DNA of 64,000 nt from Podarcis melisellensis (Eukaryota): assembly GCA_964234715.1 (NCBI GenBank), contig OZ174277.1, one strand, 5' to 3'. This document shows positions 53,201 to 64,000 of this stretch, piece after piece. Made by a program: the position numbers and the translations under genes. The first letter of the stretch is position 1. Every line of letters begins with the position of its first letter. The notes below the pieces were generated by a model, which was not told the origin of the DNA, did not search any database, and worked only from the letters and a program-made list of their open reading frames with translations.

Positions 53201-56200
53201 GTGTATTTTTAATCAAGGATTTTTGGCAATAATACAGAACCACATAAACAAAGCTTGAGTGGTTTGCTTATGTTAGTGAAACCCACAGACAAAAATACTG
53301 TCTTAAATTATCTCTTTTGTGGGTGTAGTATATTATAGTTTATGAAGGAAATAAAAGGTCTGTTGTGTCTGTCTTCTAGGCCTCTTCCCCCCCCCCAAAA
53401 AAAGCATAAGAAATGCTTATGTTGTGTATTGTGACTACAGGAGTTTAAGAAGAGAGGGGGGAAATCACATTTCCACTGGGAATAAAAACAGTTATGGTTT
53501 TCTGTGGAATTTTACCATCTGAAACTGTTTTCAAAGCAAAAAACAAAACAAAACCCTGAAACCCTTTCCTGCTTTCAACTATAATGAATTTCCAAGTATA
53601 GGCAAAGTTACAATATGTCCCCCTCCCCTCCCCGCCTAATAAGATTGAGACACTCCAAATCCTGAAAAACATTAGCTGGCAAGAGATCCCCAGGTGGGGA
53701 ACATTCAGAAAATACGTCTTAACACACACACACAAATAAAAAGGGGGTGGGCAGAAAAAGTCATATTGCAGTGATGCTAACGAGTAACAAATGAGTATGA
53801 AAAGAAAGTTGATCTTAACAATGTTATACAGATTAGCATTTTTTGTCACCGACACAGGCTGCATGACTTCTTGGTCACAGATGCACAAGAGTACTCACTC
53901 ATGGGTAAGAAGTGGGATATCGCTTTTTCCTTCCTTATTTGTGATTATGTCCCTTTTGACACCACTCATTCTTCCATAGCTGTCTTTGGCCAGAAGATCA
54001 AAAACTTCATTATTATATACTTCCACGACAGAAACCTCAACCCAATGGCTTCCTAGTGGCTTTTCTGAAAGGAGTCTGAAAAAGGAGTGGGGAGAGCTTT
54101 AGCGACTGAAACAAAACCCTGAATAAACTAGGCTTGTGATCTAGGGGACTATTAAAAGCCTGACTTAAGCGCTTATCTAAATACCCCAAACTTCCTAACC
54201 ATGAGCATGCATGAGAAACCCAGCCCATTATGCTGCGGCTGTGATATACTGGGACAACTCTGTTGACAATACGCTTCAGTTGCACAGGCTCCACAGTTGC
54301 AAAATCTGTGCAAAAAGTACAACTTGAAAAGGAAAAGAGATTTGTTGATGAAATTAGCAATGCCAACAATGACTGCAAGATCTTTAATGTTTACATTCCC
54401 AGCCAGCGGTGGAAGAAGCTGTTTGGGTGCCAGGGGCGGGGCAAGCTGCCCATAGGGCACCACAGGGCCTCCGGAGTCTGCCTGCCTCCTTCCACTCAGC
54501 CACCCTATAGCTGGGGGAGGGCAGCGGGCAGACCGTTTGGGCAGTGCAGAGCCTGCGCACACCCAAGCCACCACATCTCTCTTAGGAGAGATGTGTGGCT
54601 CGGGCACACTGCAGGCCCCACGGTGAGTGCCAGCCAGCATTCTGTCACCCCTCAGTGGTGACACCCGGGGCAGACCACACCCACCACACCCCTTTCCTCC
54701 GCCCCTGTTCTCAGCCATTTCCAAATGGCATTGGTGGGTCATCAGGCTACTGCAGGCAGTGAAGCAACAGATGACAAGCAAAGTTGCACTGTCCTGTGTA
54801 TGAGAAATCCATCCTAGGTGCACATGGATGTAAAAGAGGCAGACCTTACTGCACAGGTGCAAGGGATTGAAAACATAGCATATTATGGGCTGTATCCCAT
54901 GTTATTCATACTCAGAGTAGATCCACTTAATGGACATGGCTCACTTAGGTCCATTAATTTCAAAGAGTCTACTCCAATTCAAACTTATTTGGACACAGCC
55001 CCGTGTCTCTAAACACCATTTAAAAATTCAAACAACCCCTAGATATGTAACGAAACCTTTCTGTGCCACAGACTTTACTTGTTTGCCCATACAACAGACT
55101 GCATGGTGGCTTAGAGTTCTTTCAATTCCTGCCCCCTCCCCATTTCACATATGGGACAACCAGAAGGGAATATTCACGATGAACTTATTACCAAGAATAA
55201 ACCATTCTTAGGGACCCTGTGAGGATAAATGAGGTTATATTTACACTAACCAATTTTTGGCATGGTATTTTATAGTACCAGTAGCCCATGTAATTTGCTG
55301 TAATCTGTCCAGTTAATCTGATTTTTGATACCAGTTACCTTCACTTTGATCAGAACATATTGGGTTAGATCCAAACATGCCCCTTTGTAAGTGAAATAGA
55401 AGAGGAGTTTGGATTTGATATCCCACTTTATCACTACCCAAAGGAGTCTCAAAGCGGCTAACATTCTCCTTTCCCTTCCTCCCCCACAACAAACACTCTG
55501 TGAGGTGAGTGAGACTGAGAGACTTCAAAGAAGTGTGACTGGCCCAAGGTCACCCAGCAGCTGCATGTGGAGGAGCGGAGACGCGAACACGGTTCCCCAG
55601 ATTAACCACTACACCACACTGGCTTGAGCAGAAGGGGTTTTCTCAAGGTGTATACTAGTGTAAAGTTTTATACGGGGTCTGTTAGCAACCAGGTATTGTG
55701 CAATCTCTTACACAAGAGCTGAAGTCGTATGCTTGAGCTAAGTCTGTGTTGTGCAAAGTCTTCTACTAGCTCTTGTGCAATAGTTTACAGCACAGCACAA
55801 CTACCAAAATTTATTCTGTTGGTGGATCTCTGGATGCAACTCATTATCTTTTCAACATACATTTCAGCCTATTTATGCACAAATGCCGTGATTCACCAGG
55901 CCTCAGTGACATAAACTCATTTCCATTTTAACTGCCAGTAATCCTGCATGCTCCTGGCTATATCTGAAGGGGCACGCGGCTTCCTGTGTGCACATCTGGC
56001 TTTTTTATTTTTTAAATAAGCCTGCCCCCAAAATTCAAAGAACAGCCTCATAATTGTAAGAGAAGGAAGAACATATGTACAGTAAATGCACAAAGCCCTG
56101 ACTGAGAACCACAAAGAACAATGAGGAAGGAGGGGAAATATCAGACATTGCAACAGAGATGGGCTTGTGCAGAAATACTCTGAAATAAGAATTGTAATTA

Positions 56201-57418
56201 ATTTTGTATACTGAAAATAGAAAGAATTTGCCATCAACTGATTTATCTGTGCATATTGATGATTGGCTTAAATGTCTACTCTGGCATTTTCTAAATGGGC
56301 TTTCATAATTATTTAAAATTAAAAGCCACAGGAAATGAAGTCCCACCCTTTTTGTCTTTCTATTCCATGGATTACTCAGAGTACTGAGATCCACCAGTCA
56401 CTGGGTTGGTGACCACAGGAGAGCAGGAATCCTCCATAATGGTCCTGAAGTTGTGGAACACTCTGTGTGAGAGATGAACCTATTAAGACTGCATTTAGCT
56501 TTTTTCTGCTTCTCGTCTTCCTGGCTGCAACTGCTGTACTGCACATTGAGAAACTCTGAATTGAGAGGAAGATACTAAATGGACTAAACAATAAATAAAT
56601 AAATATAACACTGTCATCTGCTGTCATCCATACCTGAATACTTCTTCACTAGCTCTAGGAATAATTCCTAAGTCTTGCTCGTCTTCCATGGAGAAAGTGA
56701 AATTACTCTCAGACTGTGGACCCAACATTGTGTGCGTTTTCCCGCTTCCAGTCTGTCCGTAAGCCATAATGCACACATTGTACCTGCAAAGACGAAAAGC
56801 ATGATTCTCAAAGCCAACAGCTACTATTGATCGAAGCTGGAAACTGTTGAGAAGAAAATTCATTTCCCAGCTTTCTAATAACTTCACACAAACGTTCACA
56901 GGACTTGCTAATTCCAAAACACTGCAATATACGCTCTCTCTCTCTCCCTCCACCCCTCCTGGAAATTCCACAGTGGGGAGAAGAAATCCACTTGGAATGG
57001 ATGGGCAAAATCCATTTTTTTCCTTCCCTTCTATGGAGAAAACAGGAAAATGGGAGCGGGGTGGGGGAAGCAAGGGAGGGCAGAAGCGAGGACAGACAAT
57101 TGCTCCAGAACAGGGCTGTTTCCTTTTGTAACAAGAGTCCTTGGTTTACTTTTGATGGAGGCAAGTTGTGGAATACAATTTAGCAGCCACAGAACTCTGC
57201 AGGATCATCTGGAAGGACGCTTTCAGCTCGTGATATAGGCCAGTTTAAGGTGATCAGTGTTGCTGGGAAGGGATACTTTTCAAGAGCTCTCTGCAATCTC
57301 AGGAGCGTTCTCTGCTCTTTAAATGGAAGCCTAGTAGTAGTACATTTGAAGTTAGATATGCCTTGCAGCCAGGATTTTCAAATAGCTAGAGTGTGTGTGT
57401 GTGTGTGTGCGCGCGCGC

Positions 57419-57474
<56 letters not shown>

Positions 57475-60400
57475 CATAACATTACATTGCTCAATCCCTC
57501 ATAAACTTTTGAAACCAGTTTTTTACCATTTCAAATGAAACAGACATTGTGAGCAAAACATTTATGGCACAGCTAGAATTGTATTGTACAGTTCACAAGA
57601 TTTAACAGGCCATCCCTGCCCCAATATAAGATTCCACCTTTTCCCATTGTTTTGACCCAGATTGCAAAACTCAGCTGAACATTTAATTTAGATAGTTTTG
57701 CCTTTTTACGATATCTCCTGGCGGTGTTCCAGATAGCCCCTTAAAATGAGAGATGAGGAGGATGCTTGTATATCGTACAGAGGAAAGAAAATGTGTGGAT
57801 CTGGTCCTGGGAAAGGGATAAGAATCTACAAGGTATTGCAGATCCAGCATTGTGAACTCAGGAAGCAGAAACCACATATTCAAGCTCTTTTCTGAAAGTA
57901 AGGCTAGGCACGCCTTGAAGAAGAAAAAAATAGTAAGCTCCTTTTATGTGCCGTTGTTTATTTGGACCAGTTTGTGAATCATGACTGCCTATTGAGAGAG
58001 AGGGATCCAGAATTTAATCTAAGATGTGGAGAGAACCACTACATCCAATTCCACTATACTTCAAACAGGTTAGTTCCAGGTGACTGTCAAAATTTAAATC
58101 ATCCAGCATCAACCACACAATTCCCCCCACCCCCGCTTACACCTTTAGTGCAGAAATGTTCACCAGCTTTCTCATAAGGTGATGTTACAGATCACTCATG
58201 GCTGATACCACAAACAGTCAGAAGAGGCAGCAAGCTCAAAGTCAAAACACTGCGCCTGTTCCACATTTTACAGATGGGAGATTGATCAAAAACATGGCTG
58301 GTACAGGGCCTTCATCTTTCCCAGACAAACAATCTGCTTTTGTTTAAATTGTGTGTCCTGAAAAGCCATGAAGTACTTTTGTTTCCAATAACAGAACATT
58401 TCCTGAATGGCTGAAGGGGGGAGAAGCAAAGAAAAAAAGCCATGTTTCAGGGAACCTATTTTAAACAGAAACTGGCTTAAGGCGGAAGACGCTTCCCTAA
58501 TCTGCGTGCATAACTGCACTGGAGTTAGCAGAAAACTTGGTAGTAGGAATTTTGGAAAGAACATTTAACACCTCCTCCCCTCCCTTCTAGGGCACAGTGC
58601 TGTTGTTTTCTAAATGGACCCAAAAGAGGCAACTTATGGATCCCTATAGCAAGACACCAGATTTGCTGTTTCTTCTGATGGTCTTTAATTCATCATAGTT
58701 TTAATGTACCATATCAAAGTCTAGGAGAAAAGAAGGACTCCCTACTGTTGTGGCAGGTGCATTAACTCCTTGGTAGGGTTTACGCCTTTGTATTCTTTCT
58801 CTCTCTATAAGAAACAGACTATCTTTGAGACTGTTGATACCCTGTTAGAAGCTCTTCCCTTCCCTTTTCAACTCACCCATCCAACAGAGATGTTAGCAAA
58901 GGGGCTACATCTGCAAACACTGTCACTTGAGAATCAGAAGCACTGTAAACTCTGTAGATGTAAAATACAAATCAGTCATTGTGGCAAAATGGTCTGGGAA
59001 TGTTTGCAGTGAAGAAAGAAGAACAAAGAACAGAGCAGCATTATTCACTGAAATCTCCAATATTGTGAAACCATTTCTTCAGGAGCACTAAGATCTATGG
59101 AAGGGAATTACTCACGCCTACTCTTAAGCTGGTTTAGATATCAGGAAATTAAACAGAGTTGAGCCACAATTCTATTCCAGTAGCCAGATGCAAGGAGTCT
59201 AAAGTGTTCTGGACATTGCCAAGGAGGACCTTGTCAAATCCTAGCTATTTCTAGAGACACAGACTAGGCTGTGATATGTTTTCATTCAATCCCCCCTCCC
59301 CACTGTTTTTATTTTAATGTCTGCACACAGAAGCATGTTACTTGGATTCTAGATTCATTTTTAACATCTGTGCTGTGGTGGCTTTGCCGAGATTTTGGAA
59401 GGAATTCTGTGGCTGGGGGCGGGGAGGCCTACAGTTAGGTACAATAGTTATGACCAAGTTGGTACTTTTGCAAGAATCTAGATGATGTATATGGATCAGT
59501 CAGTATTCATCAACACCCGGCTCGCCTTCCATGGTGGTGAAATAAGTGGAATATCGTATGGCTGCTTCATATCATACGGTCGCCACACCACACTGGAAAT
59601 AGACCGATGTGGATTCAGATTATGGGCCAACACAACGTCAGAGGCTTGCTGCAGAGCTCATGGTGAGGTGGGACAAATAGGAATGGGGGAGAAATTTAAT
59701 TCAGTTTGCATTTCAATGTGAACCTATCTAATGCCACAGCTTCCTGAACAATAAGCAAACCGAAACACAGCCAACTTTATAAATTGGCACTCCTCTGAAT
59801 TTTGCAATGGACTTTTGCTGCCAAGAAATGTGTACAAAGGGTAAAGTGTACATGAAATGCGTTTACTAACAAAGCTAAAACCAAAAATGCATTTTATTAG
59901 GGAAAACTGCTTGGCAAAAATGCATATATCAGGAAAAGGTGCTTACAAAAATGTGCATATTAGGAGAAATGTGTACTAAAATGCCGATGAAAATTCATGA
60001 GGATTAAAAAAACCAAAAAACCCTTACCAACAGATGTGGAGAACTGAACTTAATACTGCAAAAATGAGAAACTTGAGAGAAACCTAAACTGACAGCCACC
60101 CATCCCTAAAGACAAAATGGTAATTTAACACCATGCCATTATTAGGTAGCTGCCCAAGGTAATAAGACAACATAGTCTTCAAGAGCTGATCTCTGCTAGG
60201 AATGCCATGGGTTCAAATGAGTGATTGCCACTTAAAACTCTCAGTAATAGGACACAGCAGCAGTATGTGTTTTAGGGTTGGTGCAATATTTAATGGGGGC
60301 AAGTTTCCCCAAAACTATTGAGAGTATTCACAGGATAAAACTTTACTTTCTTAAATACCAGTACATTTTCTAAGGGGTTATGCTTGCATGGTGATATGGA

Positions 60401-62119
60401 ACTTGCTTCATTAAGGTTCTGTCTGATGGATGTTTAAATGGGATGTAATTAGGCACACTAGCTTCATTTTGTGTCAATGAACAATTCAGATCTGCTTTCC
60501 TGCTCCAGCTAATGAACGCAAAGCAATCTCAAGCGACTTGCTCGTGCAAAATGACATTGGTCTACCTCCCTCTTCCAGCCACATGCTCTTTAATGTTAAT
60601 TTGATCCTGAACATTGAAAGCCGTTTTTAGTTTGTTTCATTATTGTTTTATTTACTATCCACTAATAAAAGTATCTGAAAAAACATAAAATACTGAAAAG
60701 CTGTATCTTTTTTTCCTGCTGAAATAGAACCAAGCATTTTGACATTTATTAGTTCCACTAAAAAGCTGCTAAAAAAATAGACATTTGAAGTTCATAAGAA
60801 CCATATGCTCTTCTGCTTATAAGAATAAGCTGCGTGGGGACACTGAAAAACACACTTCCAAGAGCTACATTCTTTGAAAGGATTTACTATTCTAACCTTC
60901 ATCTTTTTGGGCGGGTGGTGGGGAAGGAACTAAACACACACTGCTGCACATATGGCATGTTCTGTAAAGGTAAAAGGGTAAAAGGCTCCTGGATGGTTTA
61001 GTCCAGTCAAAGGCAACTATGGGGTTGCGGTGCTCATCTCACTGTCAGACCAAGGGAGCCTGTGGACTGTTTGTCCACAGACAGCTTTCCAGGCCATGTG
61101 GCCAGCATGACTAAACCACTTTTGGAGCAATGGGACATGATGACGAGTGCCAGAGCACACGGAAACGTCGTGTAACAATATTTTGAACTGGTAACACAGT
61201 CTCCTGTACTAAAATATAAAGAACTGGGTCCTTCATCCATACAAACTGATCAGGGAGGCACTACCCATGACAGGAATATAAGGCAGCTGGATCTTGGCAT
61301 AGTAATATTTTTCAATTGTTATCAGAAAATGAAATACTTAGAATGTGTGAAGACATTTATTTACTGGTAAACAGCACTGGTAAAAAGCACTAAATAAGCT
61401 GAATAGGACAACTATTTCTAACCCATTAACTGAGGGCAGATACCAAAATATGTGTGTCTTTGGTTGTTATCCCCATGCATCGATCTACAGTGGTACCTCG
61501 GGTTACATACGCTTCAGGTTACATACGCTTCAGGTTACAGACTCCGCTAACCCAGAAATAGTACCTCGGGTTAAGAACTTTGCTTCAGGATGAGAACAGA
61601 AATTGTGCTCCGGCAGCAGGAGGCCCCATTAGCTAAAGTGGTGCTTCAGGTTAAGAACGGGCCTCCGGAACGAATTAAGTACTTGACCCAAGGTACCACT
61701 GTATTGGTATTTTAAGCCACACTGTTCCCTAAATCCACTTATATTATCACTGTCCCCTATGTGACTGCAATAGTAATAGCTCCATGGGGAAACATCATGG
61801 AGAAACAGCATGTATGTGAAGGGAATCTTCATCTGAGCACCAGATTAACCCTAGTGGCAACAAATATAGAAGAATAAAACATTTCTTCCTTCAGAGAGAA
61901 TTCAGCATTTCATTTTGTTTCATAGTTGTAAGATTCATGAGGAAGTAGCAAATGCAAGATATCTTCAGAACAGTAAGAGTCCCATTATCAACTCATATTA
62001 AAAATCATATATATTTTAGTCAAAGCCACAATGGTTCTCAAGACCACCCACCTTTCATACTGGAACGTCTTGTTTATCAAAGCATGACCGGGACGGTTGC
62101 ATTTTACAAAGACGGTTTC
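44111..62119 (-). CDS. KIF25: Kinesin-like protein KIF25 (kinesin-14), spliced CDS, 5'-incomplete; complement join(62052-62119,58877-58951,56634-56783,53899-54075,49578-49732,48806-49009,45604-45759,44111-44268)
   Basis: Eight exons join in frame (380 aa plus stop). P-loop [10 protein letters not shown], switch I SSRSH, switch [29 protein letters not shown], and KIF25-type KHPTLVH motif. Synteny with FRMD1. Confidence 0.93.
45604..45759 (-). CDS. KIF25: KIF25 exon ([23 protein letters not shown]...[17 protein letters not shown])
   Basis: cactag| acceptor, |gtgagg donor. Confidence 0.95.
46098..46233. mobile_element. hAT MITE (family of 30959-31094)
   Basis: Inverted arms; 8-bp TSD ATCTAGCT. 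Confidence 0.85.
46552..46793. mobile_element. Tc1/mariner (Tigger-like) MITE
   Basis: TIRs CAGTGATACCTC / GAGGTACCACTG; internal TTCAGGTTA repeats; sister copy at 61488. Confidence 0.82.
48806..49009 (-). CDS. KIF25: KIF25 exon with loop insert and switch II (...[14 protein letters not shown])
   Basis: ttcccccag| acceptor, |gtaaag donor. Confidence 0.9.
49578..49732 (-). CDS. KIF25: KIF25 exon with switch I (...[25 protein letters not shown]...)
   Basis: tttgtaag| acceptor, |gtaagt donor. Confidence 0.93.
50668..50875. mobile_element. Penelope-like pseudo-LTR inverted pair with decayed hammerhead ribozyme motif
   Basis: Inverted arms of about 60 bp; GTAT-CTGGAGA-AGTGTGCATACACAT-GAAA-GCTC-ATAC at 50782-50819. 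Confidence 0.7.
53899..54075 (-). CDS. KIF25: KIF25 exon ([31 protein letters not shown]...)
   Basis: tttttcag| acceptor, |gtgagt donor; EVYN..DLL motif. Confidence 0.94.
54404..54707. mobile_element. GC-rich hAT-like MITE
   Basis: Imperfect TIRs; 8-bp flanks TTCCCAGC/TTCTCAGC. Confidence 0.6.
55400..55625 (-). mobile_element. tRNA-derived squamate SINE (Squam3-like)
   Basis: Head AGCCAGTGTGGTGTAGTGGTTAA, core GGGTGACCTTGGGCCAGTCAC, (TTC)-type tail. Confidence 0.75.
56634..56783 (-). CDS. KIF25: KIF25 exon with P-loop ([21 protein letters not shown]...[12 protein letters not shown])
   Basis: tttgcag| acceptor, |gtatgg donor. Confidence 0.96.
57391..57472. repeat. Compound microsatellite (GT)n(GC)n(GA)n
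   Basis: Directly visible. Confidence 0.95.
58877..58951 (-). CDS. KIF25: KIF25 exon ([25 protein letters not shown])
   Basis: ctacag| acceptor, |gtgagt donor; kinesin SQxxVF..LLDG motif. Confidence 0.92.
60964..61170 (-). mobile_element. 5'-truncated Sauria SINE
   Basis: GTAAAGGTAAAAGGGTAAAAGG tail and body similar to the 33015 copy. Confidence 0.75.
61488..61701. mobile_element. Tc1/mariner (Tigger-like) MITE
   Basis: TIRs CAGTGGTACCT / AGGTACCACTG; TA on both sides. Confidence 0.85.
62052..62119 (-). CDS. KIF25: KIF25 exon ([23 protein letters not shown])
   Basis: ttttctgttag| acceptor, |gtgggt donor; phase 0/2. Confidence 0.85.
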
Positions 62120-64000
62120 CTAACAGAAAACAAGGGTGGTAACAATTAAAACGTATACATCATATAAGTTTAAACGAAAAGAAAATGTATGCTTAAAGGT
62201 TCACCACAAAGTGGGATGTTTAGACCTTCCAAACTGCAAAAACCACATAGCCATATCCTGCCTTTAATATATGGTTCCTCAATGGCACAGTCTGGAGGGG
62301 TGGGAGTGCAGTGAACAGAGCACTTGGGCTGCCACACACACAGCTGTATGCAGTTGGTCCATCTAGCAGAAATCTGGATAGCAACAAGAGAGATGAATAG
62401 ATAGCCCAATATCTATACCCATATCCAAAGTATGCTTTCTCAGCACTCAGAAAGGACAGGGGGTTTCATCCAAACTTTTGAATTTGTGTTGTGGAATCTA
62501 TCAGTTTAATCCTAAGTAATTTTTTTGAAAGCCAATTGGAGAGGAAAGCCTGAAAATACATTTCTTCTAGTTGTGGGGATGACAACAAGAAACAAGAGCA
62601 CCCCCTCAAGTAAGAGGCATTGCTCTCATGGCACTTCTGTGACTTATATTAAATGGAATTAAACCTGCAGTTTGGGGAAGTATTTGTCCTACTGCTTATA
62701 TTATATAGCATCTCAACCAACAGAAGCCGTGCACAGGGGAGTAACTTTAATTGCTGAAAATGGCACAGGAGGGAAGTGTTAAACTCACTTTCCCTATACT
62801 GCTGTAGTTCCAGTCCTGATACGGCAGTCCTTGTTTTAACAGAGATGTGACCAGTCCAACTACATTTTTGAATTGTGCAGTGTAAGTTTGACTCTAGATT
62901 ATTATGCTATGGGTTAGCTGGCTGGCATGTTGAACAAGGTAATCGCAGTTGAGTCATCATGCTGTCACTTGGGCATCGTATTCTTAGAACTTCCATTGAG
63001 TCATATTCACACAATACCAGTTAAAGTGCTGAGTCATGTCTAAGTTATGTCTGAGTAAACATGCATGAGATTGCACTGTAAATACCACATGAAAACACAC
63101 ACATGTTTCTGTGACCTCCAGTTTACTATCAGTATGAAACCAGCTCTTTTCCATCCTTGCCACGAACAATGATGCTCTCTCATATGGAATGGGCTAGATA
63201 GATCAGTAGACTTCAATCTTTTACCCAAACAGTAAATCAGTAGTGGATCAGCAGTGTGTCCTGACCCACCAGTAGAAGACTCTGCATCTACACATCTCCC
63301 GACCTATCTGCATATGTCGAGTCAACTTGATAGACTGCCAACATCCTCTTCCATCCCAAGCTTGATTGACACGATACATTTTGGTTACAGAAAATAATGA
63401 GTGCAGTCACACCATCTGCTTCAAGGCTCAGGTAGGTGGCAATATTAACTACATATGTTGGCTGTTACTAGCAAACCAAGAAGTAGAACTGCAAAGTAAA
63501 TGTTATGAACTAGAAAAAGTGGAAAGGAAAGCCAAACATCTGCTCTTTTAAACTGATAAAACCAATTTCACATTTCAAACCAATTAGTAAAGCAAGCAGT
63601 TGCCATGCAATAACCACGCTCTCATACCTCCAATGCCAGTAGCCAAAATCATCCATATGAAAAAGATTCCAAGGCTTTATAAGGGTGAAGGAACTCAAAA
63701 CGGTGAAATGAAATACTGTGCTTTACTTGCAATAAAAACCTAAAACCTTTTTTAGGCCTTGGAACTGAAGTGATAGTTCTCAAGCCAAGATTTACAAGAC
63801 TCAAAGGGGGTGAAAAAAGAGATCACTTGCCCCTCTAGCAAATTTCAAGGCAAGAATCTCTAAACAAACAGACTTTTTATTTACCACAGTCTTTCAACAG
63901 CTTTCAAGCCTCCCCAAATCTGAAGTAATTTTGGTCCAGTGGTGTTGTTTTCAAATTAAATTCCATTTGAAATCATGCAGCAATTGCAGTTCTACAAATG

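Noticed and set aside
54173-54862. 229-aa ORF in a KIF25 intron
   Set aside because: Openness is explained by a GC-rich MITE; no domain or splice support.
62355-62380. LLDG-like match as a KIF25 exon
   Set aside because: No splice donor follows it; the true exon is 58877-58951.

Overview
Vertebrate genomic DNA from a squamate reptile, probably a lacertid lizard (inferred from Sauria SINEs, BovB and the L2/CR1 families present). Two spliced genes converge tail to tail, as in the human KIF25/FRMD1 pair. FRMD1 is on + with 11 coding exons (3896-18953, ending ...LPEEFVV*; 5' exons not found, probably upstream of the window). KIF25, a kinesin-14, is on - with 8 coding exons (62119-44111; 5' exons probably beyond the window end). 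All introns are GT-AG and the exon phases join into open frames. The rest is intron or intergenic DNA rich in transposable elements: L2, CR1, L1, BovB and RTE-X-like LINE fragments, SINEs, hAT and Tc1/mariner MITEs, a solo LTR and Penelope-derived palindromes. Most noteworthy, all unverified: a candidate two-exon 39-aa microprotein gene between the two genes, a candidate alternative terminal exon and a poison exon in FRMD1, a decayed Penelope hammerhead ribozyme, and LINE insertions with unusual structure. No prokaryotic-type system is present. Family names come from recalled motifs, not database searches.
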